From: Epithemia pelagica
Taxonomy: Eukaryota > Protista > Bacillariophyta
Length of the DNA stretch: 64,000 bases
NCBI GenBank assembly: GCA_946965045.2
Contig: OX337239.1
Coordinates: 1 to 64,000 of the forward strand
Direction: 5' to 3'
A program made the translations under genes and the position numbers. The notes below the pieces were generated by a model that did not search any database, was not told the origin of the DNA, and saw only the letters and a program-made list of their open reading frames with translations. Below, piece after piece: positions 21,968 through 32,438 of the stretch (within the stretch, counting starts at the first letter, position 1; every line of letters begins with the position of its first letter).

Positions 21968-22395
21968 TCATTGTTACTAATGACTCTTTGCAGAATTGCA
22001 TTGGGTCTGATTAACACACCAACGAATGGTCATTTTTTGTTGGGCCTATTGAGATTTTCAGGTGAATGACCTTTACTTCCGAATGATTTTTGGCGCGAAG
22101 GGCCACGCCGGCGAGCTTTTCCCGCCAGACGAATGGGAAACAACTAAGAGTGCGGTAATGGCTAGTAGTCAAAGAAAACAAGGAGCCATACTCAATATGA
22201 GTGCTAGGAACTAAATCTAGGGGGGGCATAGGCAAGCTATCTGCTCATCCGCAACAATACTTAACAAAATGGCTGCTCATCCGCAACAAAATGCTCATAT
22301 GCAACAATCCACTGTGGAAATGGTTGCTCATATGCAACAGTAGATTTCTACGGGTCCTGGTACAAGTCAGTAAAAAAAAGTGCATTATCCTTAGG
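21968..22395 (+). mobile_element. Family E terminal fragment (B-related; four iterons, CTACGG-N35-CCTTAGG)
   Basis: Shares TTTGGCGCGAAGGG...AACAACTAAGAGTGCGGTAATGG with B; has its own terminal sequence. Confidence 0.72.
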
Positions 22396-22423
22396 CCTAC
22401 GGACAGACACTTTCTCCTTAGGG
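22391..22423 (+). mobile_element. Minimal 33-bp family A terminal remnant between an E terminus and a B fragment
   Basis: TAGGCCTACGGACAGACACTTTCTCCTTAGGG has one mismatch to 2911-2942. Confidence 0.8.
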
Positions 22424-22761
22424 CCAATTGAGGTTTTCAGTTGAAGATGTTTGGCGCGAAGGGGCACGCAGGCAAGCTTTTCGCGCCAAAAGAACGGGGG
22501 AACAACTAAGAGTGCGGTAATGGTTGGTAATGAATGAAATTCATGACTCATATTGAATATGAGTGCTTAGAAATTAGACTTGAGCGGGGCATAGACATTC
22601 TGTGCTCATCTGCACAACGGGCAGTGCTCTTTTGCAACAAAAGGCATATATATCAGTGCTCATATGCACAGATACTATAGCCCCTAGTGCTCATATGCAC
22701 ACGTTCAAATCCTACGGTGTCTAGTACTAAAGACACCCAAAAAAGGCAAATATCCTTAGGG
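22421..22761 (+). mobile_element. Family B terminus, copy 2
   Basis: Near-identical to the B copy ending at 16471. Confidence 0.85.
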
Positions 22762-23274
22762 TAACCTGCTGCAGGGCAGCGGCATGGTAAATATTGAATT
22801 CTCAACTTGAATTATTGGGGTCCAGTTGGTTTCTTGCTGCATGGTTTCTCTTTGGGGCCTTGGCATGAAGCATCCACAATTCAGCTTGAAGAAAGTCTTG
22901 GCAATGACTTTGTCACTAGCGCAACAACCAGCAACGTGCTTCTCGCACAAAAGCTTCACATGAAACATCTTGTCACAGTCACTACAGAAATACTTGATTC
23001 TTGTATCATTTGACTCATGAATGAAACAATCAAACGGTTGGTTGTTGGCATTCTCCACAAGAGTGTGTATTTTGTTACCAAGATGTCTCCCAGGAAAGCG
23101 AAAGGACACCCCATGAATTTTGGAGCAGGTCTTGGCGTGGCGGGCAAGACACTTCATGTTTGCTCGGAAACCACCACCACAGAGCTTACAGACCAAGCCA
23201 CAGGGTGTGGCAAAGTCCACAAGCCCCAAGTAATCGTCAAACTCCATGGTGGCTGTTGTCGTTCCTATGGTCAA
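22756..23274 (-). pseudogene. Divergent N-terminal fragment of a YR-RecQ family gene (family F)
   Basis: FATPCGLVCKLCG..ARH, YFCSDC..CEKHVAGC and KLNCGCFM align with VTPFGMGCRLCG..QRH, YSCHC..RHLSSGRTC and ISTCGRMI. The stop is the junction CCCTAA. Confidence 0.7.
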
Positions 23275-23324
23275 AATAGGTTTGGGATGTATGACCCTTT
23301 GCAGCCAAAAAAGAGGCCCTAAAG

Positions 23325-23884
23325 AGGGTCATTCACCTCAAAAACTGAAAAGGCCCTAACACCAGAGATCATTCACCTCAAAATCTTTGAGCGACAAGAA
23401 GGAATATGGTTTACTATGGAGAGTTAATGTAGGTTTGCAAATCGACCTTCTTGTGGTCGAAATCGACCTTTTTGTGGTCGCACTAAAATTTCGCACGCAA
23501 CAATACAGTGATTCAAAATTGACCTTTTTGTGGTCGCGCATGTGATTCTACAGAATGAACTTAGTGCGCACGACAAAAAGGTCGATTTCTAGCAAAACCC
23601 TTAGGGTCATTCACCTCAAAAACTGAAAAGGCCCTAACACCAGAGATCATTCACCTCAAAATCTTTGAGCGACAAGAAGGAATATGGTTTACTATGGAGA
23701 GTTAATGTAGGTTTGCAAATCGACCTTCTTGTGGTCGAAATCGACCTTTTTGTGGTCGCACTAAAATTTCGCACGCAACAATACAGTGATTCAAAATTGA
23801 CCTTTTTGTGGTCGCGCATGTGATTCTACAGAATGAACTTAGTGCGCACGACAAAAAGGTCGATTTCTAGCAAAACCCTTAGGG
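23325..23884 (+). mobile_element. Family F terminus, tandemly duplicated (278-bp period), GACCTT(T/C)TTGTGGTCG iterons, each copy ending AAAACCCTTAGGG
   Basis: 23325-23606 and 23603-23884 are essentially identical; a third copy ends at 25851. Confidence 0.85.
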
Positions 23885-24700
23885 TCTTGGTCGATAGGGA
23901 TGGAGGAGTGAGGGATATGGGTGTACCAACTTGATGTCTCGGTCCTTCCAGTCAAGAATCAGTAGCAAATACAACAATCCAATAGGGTCTTGGTCGATAG
24001 AGATGGAAGAGGGAAGTATGGGGGCGCACCAACTTGGTGTCTCGGCCCTTCAACAGAACCACCAATCAAGATACAGCAATCCAATGGGGTCTTCTTGGTC
24101 GATGTAGATGAAGGAGGGATGGAGAGGGGTGCACCAACTTGGTATCTCAGCCCTTGTCCCAATCGGGAAGGAGTAGCAACACAGCAATCCAACAGGGTCT
24201 TGGTCGATAGAAATGGAGGGGTGAAGGAAATGGGTGCACCAACTTGGTGTCTTGGCCCTTGTTCCAATCGAGAAGGAGTAGCAACACAGCAATCCAACAG
24301 GGTCTTGGTTGATGGAAATGGAGGGGTGAAGGAAATGGGTGCACCAACTTGGTGTCTCGGCCCTTGTTCCAATTGAGAAGGGGTAGCAACACAGCAATCC
24401 AACAGGGTCTTGGTCGATGGAGATGGAGGGGTGAAGGAAGAGGGTGCACCAACTTGGTGTCTTTTGCCCTTTGTTCAATAGAATCCTCACCAATCCGACC
24501 GTTCAGATCGTTGAAAATGGTCTTCTGGGATAATAGGAGGGAAGAAGCAGCGGCAATCCAGCAATCCAACCAGTTTTGGTTGATGGAAATTGATGGGAGA
24601 ATGAAATGGGTGCACCAACTTGGTGTCTTCGCCCTTTTTCAAACAGAACCACCAATCCAGTCGTTCAGAGCGTTGAAAATTGTCTTGTGGGATGATAGGA
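23881..24700. repeat. About 105-bp tandem repeat, 6 copies plus degenerate ones (segment H)
   Basis: GGGTCTTGGT(C/T)GAT near 23881, 23984, 24086 (variant), 24194, 24299 and 24404, with GGTGCACCAACTTGGTGTC in most units. Confidence 0.9.
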
Positions 24701-24879
24701 GGGAAGAAATAGTTGCCAAACAGCGATCACATGGTTGGTTTTCATGGAAACAGAAGAAAATGATTAGTGGGCATATAGGAAAACGACAAAACGAACTCTC
24801 ACTGTTGTCTTGTCGACTTGGCTTACCTAGCACCTTTCCAATTTGAAAAAGGAAATGATTCTCTTTGTGTTTGCCTGTT

Positions 24880-24945
24880 TGTTGTAGCTGTTGTTGTTGT
24901 TGTTGCTGTTGTGTTGTTGTTGTTGTTGTTGTTGCTGCTGCTGTG
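24880..24945. repeat. (TTG)n/(CTG)n microsatellite
   Basis: Read directly. Confidence 0.9.
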
Positions 24946-25471
24946 TGTTTTTTGGGGCGTTGGGGGTTGGTGTGAGTTGGATGAGGCACTCTATGACTCT
25001 ATCGTCAAAAAGTGATCACAAAAGTGGGAGAGTATATCTTTTGTGTGGTTGTTGTGTGAGGAAAATCTAATTTTCAGCGTTCTTCTGTGATTTTGTGTCC
25101 ATTGTTCTTCGTATGTCACTGTGACGTGATTTGGTGGTGGAGGAGAAATTTGTGGGTCGCTTTTGGAGTTTACGTGCGACTGGAATACTAGGTGTTATAT
25201 GTGTAGCTAGTAGTTAGGTATCTAGGCAAAGGTTAGGCTCTGTGCACGCGTTTCCACATACAATAAACATGCTCACGCGGGTGTCAACACGTTTCACGCG
25301 TTGTCTACACGTTTCACGCGCATTCACGCGCAATCTGGAGCGCCACGCGCTTCGTACGCGCCAAATGCGCGTGATCCGTGTTCTGCGGGTGCTGCACGCG
25401 CCTATTGGGCGTGTGTCACGCGCCTGTTGGTGGAATTCCAGTCACTTATCTTCAAAAAACCTCCTTAGACG

Positions 25472-25851
25472 CAAGTAATCGTCAAACTCCATGGTGGCTG
25501 TTGTCGTTCCTATGGTCAAAATAGGTTTGGGACGTATGACCCTTTGCAGCCAAAAAAGAGGCCCTAAAGAGGGTCATTCACCTCAAAAACTGAAAAGGCC
25601 CTAACACCAGAGATCATTCACCTCAAAATCTTTGAGCGACAAGAAGGAATATGGTTTACTATGGAGAGTTAATGTAGGTTTGCAAATCGACCTTCTTGTG
25701 GTCGAAATCGACCTTTTTGTGGTCGCACTAAAATTTCGCACGCAACAATACAGTGATTCAAAATTGACCTTTTTGTGGTCGCGCATGTGATTCTACAGAA
25801 TGAACTTAGTGCGCACGACAAAAAGGTCGATTTCTAGCAAAACCCTTAGGG
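25472..25851 (+). mobile_element. Family F terminal fragment, copy 3
   Basis: Matches 23227-23606 including the start of the family F ORF; ends AAAACCCTTAGGG. Confidence 0.85.
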
Positions 25852-26913
25852 ACTCCAAACAGAAAGTGTCTCTGAACCCTCTTGCCCCCGGACAACTCTC
25901 CCCGCGCAGTAGGTCATGACTGTGGTATGATGCTGAACAGAATCCACTGTTTCTAAACACAGCTTTGCCAGTAAAGAGGGAATATCTCTAGTTAGTGGCA
26001 GAAGTTTGTGGTTGCTTTGACACAGGAACGAGAGCAATTTCTTGAACTCGGGGAGAAGTCTTTTGGGGTACGCAGTGAAGGTGAAAGTAGAAATCGCATT
26101 GGGACTTCTTGCTCCATCAAAGACCAACAGCCTTGATCGGTAATTTGCTGGAACCATCTGGACATGGAGGGCAGCCTGTGCTGTGAGCCAGTTTTCTCCT
26201 TGATGGTACAACAAATCAAAGAGTGGTTGATTGTCGATGATGTGTTTTAAGCTGATGGAGTCATATAAGAAATGCACTCGTTCCTTGAATGACCTTCCCT
26301 TGGGCCTGGATGGGTAAGATTCGTCTTGGGCCAAGGGATGGAAAAGGGGTACGAAACAACCCATCATATCGGGGAGTACATGAAGAGTTGCTTGTAGTTG
26401 TGTGCTTGTTTTGAGTGAAGGGGCTTCTTGACAGGAATACTTGATCTGTAATGCCTTGAGGGAAATCATACGGCCACAGGTACTGATTTGTAGTTCCTCT
26501 TCTGTAGGGGGGGGAGCACCGCAGGTACGACCCGAGGACAAATGTCTGTACACATTTTGAAGTTTCAAGCTCCCAACAAGACAATGACATGAATAGCCCT
26601 TGACCTTTTCCCCCGTCATATATTCAGAGACACTTGAAATGTCTTGCATAACACCTTGAAGGAGGGTCATTTGATGTTTTATCAGTGTCTGGCTTTCAGA
26701 ACGTGAGACAGACACACCATGGCCATTAAGGTGCCTTTGCATGGACCATAGACTGGTTCCGAACGGTTTCCCACATAGGCGACATCCCATACCAAAGGGG
26801 GTCACTAGCGTGACATCGACAGCCTGTAGTTTGTCCTCTTCCTTTTTTTTCTTTGTTGGTCTCCTCCTTGATGGAGAAGGAGTCCCTGGCCCATTATTAG
26901 AGGGGGAAGCCAT
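25846..26913 (-). pseudogene. Second copy of the family C YR-RecQ gene, truncated after 355 aa
   Basis: Near-identical to 19197-20260; ends SVWSP-stop at the junction CCCTAA. Confidence 0.92.
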
Positions 26914-27384
26914 TGTCGATAGAGGTTTTGCTGAGAGTGTTCAAGAGACATCTTTCATCGTTCATCAAAGAAAGGGAGTGATGACCCTTTGCAGAATTGC
27001 ATTGGGCCCAATTTACTGGACGAATGATGGGTAGGTACAAAGACCTAGAGGCATAAACTAGGAATGGTCAAAATGGGATTTTGATGAGAACTAGTGATGG
27101 GTGAAATGAGATTTTTCTGTGAAATGCCAGCGTCATTTGGCGGGAAAAAAGATTGTACAAAAAATTTAGTTGGTCATTTGTGTACAAATATAGGTCACTT
27201 GTACACACATATTAGCTGGTTTGTTGTAACAAGGAAATTTTGTACAGCAAACCAAAGGAAATTCAATCTTACGTTGATTCTTCTATGTAGAGTAGGGCAA
27301 GACAAAAACCTAACTGGCAGAGCTCTGAAAAGTATTTGGCCAGTATAGAGCATATTGAATATGACTGCTTTTGGGGAGTGGTCA

Positions 27385-27747
27385 AAGGGGCATAGACAAG
27401 GCCACTGCTCAATCGCAACAAAAGCATAACAAATTGCAGCTCATCCGCAACAAATCCTTGCTCATATGCAACAGGCACTATAGGATTTTGTGCTCATATG
27501 CACACGTTCAAATTCTACGGTCTCTAGTACTAAAAGCTCCCAAAAAAGTGAAATATCCTTAGGGCATAGGTAAATTCCTGGCTCAATCGCAACGGGGGTT
27601 ATGAAAAATTGCAGCTCATCTGCAAAATGAGCATAACAAATTTGCTCATATGCAACAAAGCACTGTAGGATATTCTGCTCATATGCACACGTTCAAATCC
27701 TACGGTCTCTAGTACTAAAACATGCCAAAAAAGGGGAAAATACTTAG
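27385..27747 (+). mobile_element. Family C terminus copy 2 (to 27564), followed directly by a related C' terminus (27562-27747, ending ACTTAG)
   Basis: Two consecutive iteron-CTACGG-N36-(C/A)CTTAG modules. Confidence 0.8.
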
Positions 27748-28730
27748 TGTGATTGGTGTGTTGAACAATCAAATCAAAGTGGACACTCCAGAGTCAGGGA
27801 GAGGGTCAGGAATGAAGACATTGATGCGGAAAAGGCTGAATCCTATCTGGCAAGGCTTACAAGAGAATGCATTGTGTGCAAGGAGGCAGGATGCAATGGT
27901 GAAAGCTGTCTGCCCTTTGGAGCATGCTTCAACTGTGGTCAGCCAGGTCACCAGAGAGGACAGTGCTGAGTCAATTTCCAAACAGTCTTGAGCAACAAGG
28001 CCTGCTTTTACTGCTTTGATGTGTTCAGCGGGCGCGGCTACAAGCAACACCATCCCAGTGCATGTCCTTTACAACGAAGATTGAAGCGGCTGATGATCGA
28101 TGTATATGAGTCAAGGAAGACCAATGGACAATCCAGAGCAATGACTGATTTCATGTCCGAAGTAACATGCGACAGCCATTCGTTTCATGCTTTTCTGTGT
28201 CAGAGTGTTGAACAACGGATGGGCATGACAGTGACACAGACACCTCATGCAACCACAGCAGCCAGACCATCTGTGGCACGACCAGCTCTACCAAGGAATC
28301 CATATGCAAAGAAAGCATTCAATTAGATAGTATTAAGTTAGTAGTTACAATGTGTCGGGTTAAAGACCATCATCAAAAGGCCCATAGAAGAGTCATCTCA
28401 CTAAAAAATCTAATCACGTCTCACAAAAAAATATTAGGCCCAAAGAAGGGTCATTTCACACAAAAATCTGAACCAGTCACACTTGTAGTGACGGGAAATG
28501 AAACTAGTCGAGCTAGGACTAACTAATAAGCATGGGCATAGGTATGACTAGAATAGGGCTGTTCTAGTGGGCTGTTCTGCAGTGGGACAGCAGGCTGTTC
28601 TGCAGTGGGACAGGGCACTTCTGCAGTGGGACAGAGGGCGATTCTGCAGTGGGACAAGTGGGATGGGGGCTGTTCTGCAGTGGGACGCTAGAGTCTACGT
28701 AGGCCTACGGACAGGCACTTTCTCCTTAGG
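27747..28730 (+). mobile_element. Family A copy 2: 3' fragment of the helicase gene (premature stop 27967-27969) plus the A terminus
   Basis: Near-identical to about 1958-2941; ends CCTTAGG; innermost junction of the stack. Confidence 0.9.
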
Positions 28731-29172
28731 TGGTGGAAGTTTGTGGCAAAACACAACGACTCAATTTGGCCAAGGCCAAATCACAGCTCACTTGCCACTG
28801 ACGGCCGTGGATCTACATGCCACCATGCCCACGGTTGCCTACTTTCCAGCAAAAGTTGTTCGGGAGAAACCGCAAGAGGAGAAAGTGCTACAACCCGTCT
28901 TTCTGAGTAAAATGAAGGCCAAGTTTGCGTTCAAGGCCACAGAAGCCTCTCACTATGCCTTGAGGAACTACTTGACTGTGTCGTCGGAAGACAACCCTCC
29001 ATCCTATGCTGCCGTGAGGGAATGCTTTGCAGTCACTAGGGATGGAGCTGACAAGGTTGGGATCGGGTCTTGTAGTTGCGACGACCATTGCATGGCTATG
29101 ATGGCCATATTCATGGAGGAGGAGGATAGTACTGTGGACTTGCTGCCATTGAGACGACGCCCTGCCCCGTGA
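28731..29172 (+). pseudogene. Possible 5'-decapitated hypothetical gene immediately inside the last junction
   Basis: Open frame of about 147 codons from the junction to the stop at 29172, with protein-like composition. Confidence 0.35.
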
Positions 29173-29618
29173 CTTTGGTCCAAGGATCGACTCGAGGTTT
29201 GTTCGATGTATAGTAGTAGTATTCGGAGTGTTGGAGGATTGTACGAGTTGTTGTTGTTGCGATGAAAAGGTCTGGAACGCATTGTTCTGGATGGATCTAG
29301 GCCTCTAGCACGACCAGTCGGAACGGACCAGAGGAGGTTTTGGTAGAAACATGGCATCCAGGGGTGTTTTCGTTTCATAACTACCTAGGAGTAGGCAATG
29401 ATAGCTGTGACATTGCGCCTTGAAGCTTCACCCTGTGATTCAAGTTCCGTCTTGGTAATGTTCCAGCCGAGTGACAGTGTCAACCTACCCATTTGGCCAT
29501 GCCCACCAAGTTTAGAAGTCGATAGAAGCACGTCCAAACAAAAAGTGTATGGGAGGAGATCTTAGTTGTTGTCGTTTGGGCTACAGATTCTACGCCATTC
29601 GTAAGGGGGTATTACCTA

Positions 29619-31907
29619 TTAATTATCGGCCGTCGTCTCGGATGGTTCGCCACTAGATGCTGCCGCAGCAGCACTTTCCATGCCCCGTAATTCCGGACTC
29701 GGCGTAAAGGGTTCGACAAATGGTTGGTAGACACTTCCCAAGAGTCCAGGATCCAAGAATTGGTACAACGGATCTCGTTGACTGGCTTCCTTGAGCAATT
29801 CCAAATGCTTGCCAACGGAATTCATGGTGTTGGCGGCAATGGCACCCGAGGCTGCCGCACTGGGTGTTCCAATACCGGGGAAACAAGAGTCACCACATCG
29901 CAACAAGCCTTCGACCGGCGTTTTGAGGTTGGGAAATGGGAAGGGCAGAATATTCTTGAGCAGACCAGCATAGGGTGCGGATGTTCCGGCAGCCCAGGCC
30001 AAGCCATAGGTTCCTCGATCACGTCGCAAAAAGGCTTCATGGGCCAGGGGTGATCCAATAATAGAGAATTCCAATCGATCGCGGATATCCGGGATGCATC
30101 GCTCGACCGCTTTCCACAAGACCTCTGCTCGCTCTTCCTTGTAGGCTTCGTATTCGGGAGTGCCCGGTGTGAGGGATTCCCAAGGTTCATACGGCTCTCC
30201 ACCGGACGAGTAGACGTGAATGACATGCTTGCCCTTGGGACAGAGCGTGTCGTCGAGAATACTGGGGATAAAAAAGGAGCACAAGTTTTGGGAATCTTGC
30301 AAACTGCGGCCCCAATCTTGAACCACCAAATGCGCGGGATCTTGAATGTGCGACAAGTCAAGGTCGGTGGCATCAATGGCCAAAAACAAGTGCATAATGG
30401 CACCATGACGAGGCAACTGTCCCAAGGTTTTGCGCCATTCCGCCACACCCGCGGGCAAATTGGGATCCGTGCCCAACATTTTGACAGTATCAAAGGGGGT
30501 GGCATTGCTGACCACAGCCTTTTTGGCCGTGACGACCTTTCCATTCTTGAGTCGGACGCCCGTCGCCCGTCCCTCTTCGTTGACCAAGATTTGGTCGACG
30601 TGTGCGTTCAATTGGAGTTTTCCACCAAACTTTTCCAATCCTCGCACGAGCGTATTGCCCAATTCGCAGGTTCCACCAATGGGGACCGAATAACAGGCCG
30701 ATTCTTCAAAGAATCGTTCCAAAATGTAAAGCATGTGTGCCGTCATGGCCCCCTTGGCCGGGAAACCGCAAAAGATGCACATGGTATCGATAAAGTTTCG
30801 TAAAAAGGGCACCGTGACGATTTGGTCGACCGTCTTGTGCAAGGAATCAAAGGTCAAGGGCAGATCCAAAAAGACGTCGGGGTGTGTCAAGACAAAGGGC
30901 AAACTGCCAGCCGTGGTGGCCAAGAAACCAGCATCTTGACGCAAATTCAACAGGGACACAGCCGTCGTGGAACCTCCCAGGGTTTTGAGCCGGGCACGAA
31001 GGGCATTCCATTCCTATTATACAGGATTCGGGGGACCACAAGGAATTGGACGTTGCAGGCCAATGGCAGACACCCAAAATGACAGAACAAAAAGGGTGAG
31101 ACAAGGGGGTTCCGACACGACGCAACTCGTTGGACCAGCGACAGGGACGATCCAAATCACCAACCAAATCACCAACACCGACACCAGCACACACCACCCG
31201 CCAAGACTTACTTGAATGGCTTTGGGTCCATCTTCGGCTTGTTCCATGAGCAATTGCTCAAAGGCTGATTTGCTTCCAATCGGAAAGCGCCAGTATCCAT
31301 TGTTGGGCGTCCAGTAGCCCAATCCGGTGTAGGTCTTGACGGGCATGGGTTCGTCAAGGACATCAAAGATCATGCGCAGGGGATTGAGACTGGGCCGGTC
31401 GAGGCCTTCAAAGATGCTCGGTCCGACTTCAAAACTGTACTTTTCGCCCTTGTGCATGCGCGAAAAGGTATGCGCCGATCCTCCGCACTTGATGTGAGAC
31501 TCCAAAACCAAGACGCGGTCGCCGTACTTGGCCGACAAGGCGCCACAGGCCAAACCGCCCATACCAGAACCAATGACAATGACATCGTAGTCGCCACTGT
31601 CGCCACTCAGGCCGTTGCCCGTGCCAGGATAGGTGGGCTTTTCGTATTTGGGTTCCAAGCTCATGTCGTACGAGAAGGTCATGACCTTTTCACGAGACGT
31701 GTTTTCCGTTTGTGCCACATTTTGGTTCGGTTCGGTGGCAGCTGTGGTTTCTTCTTGTGTGGCGGTCAAGCGAGTCGTTCTCACCGGCATGGACGACGAC
31801 GACGACGACGACAAGGGAACAAAGGCATGCGTTGTGGTGGATGGTGTCGCCGCCAGGAGGACGACGGCCCATGCCAACGTCAACGGCAAGCACAATCGAC
31901 GACTCAT
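29619..31907 (-). CDS. Carotenoid isomerase-like (CRTISO/CrtH family) FAD-dependent oxidoreductase, plastid-targeted; exons 31212-31907 and 29619-31013
   Basis: [18 protein letters not shown]...GG FAD motif, EVGPS, and C-terminal [17 protein letters not shown]. Signal peptide plus HAFVP bipartite-type leader. A phase-0 GTAAGT..TAG intron (31014-31211) joins the frames. Confidence 0.88.
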
Positions 31908-32438
31908 TCCTTCTGTGATTCTTCTTCTTGTAGATCTTGTCGTCGTAGGGTATCGCTCTGTGTTTGTTGTTTCTAGCGGATGCACTGGAGCAAGAGTCGT
32001 TGCAACTTGCAATCCAGAGATGACCAAAGAGAGACGAACGACAAAAAGTATCTTGAGGAGCGTTGCAACTGTCGTCCAAAAAGAACAATCAAGGAACGAG
32101 AGATGGGAGATGAGGTGGAACGACGACGACAACGAGATCTACGAGATTGGTTGCCATCCATCAAAGAAGATGGAGGGAGGTTGGCGTGTCTTCAACTTAC
32201 CCGAGATCGAAAGAATCGAGATGTGTGTGTGTGTGTGTGATGCGAGCCACTGACGACTGACGTAGAGAACCTGCCGAATTGAAAGCGACCGAAACGCGTT
32301 GAAGAACGACTGTGCCCCCAACGAGTTGAACTTGCCCTTGCAAGATACCTCTGAACGACTCGACTGCTTCCATGCCGTCATATCTTGGAACTCAAGGACC
32401 TATTCTCCTTTCTCCACTCCTACTACTACCACGAAACC

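Noticed and set aside
23959-24846. Repetitive ORFs in the 105-bp array, and those at 3838-4564
   Set aside because: All frames are open because of repeat periodicity; no coding signal or domain.
2935-28730. Internal TTAGGG sites as scars of ordinary telomerase healing
   Set aside because: Wrong polarity: healing on this arm leaves CCCTAA on the + strand, and only single hexamers are present.
561-28730. Telomere-targeting non-LTR retrotransposon array
   Set aside because: No reverse transcriptase, endonuclease or poly(A) tails are visible in the subtelomeric zone.
28567-28730. N-terminal part of ORFs 28567-29172 and 2778-2996
   Set aside because: Translation of the family A iteron region; a read-through artefact.
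29653-32253. Long overlapping or antisense ORFs over CRTISO, and similarly over the FYVE-RING, HINT and copia genes
   Set aside because: Shadow ORFs of GC-rich coding sequence with no independent motifs.
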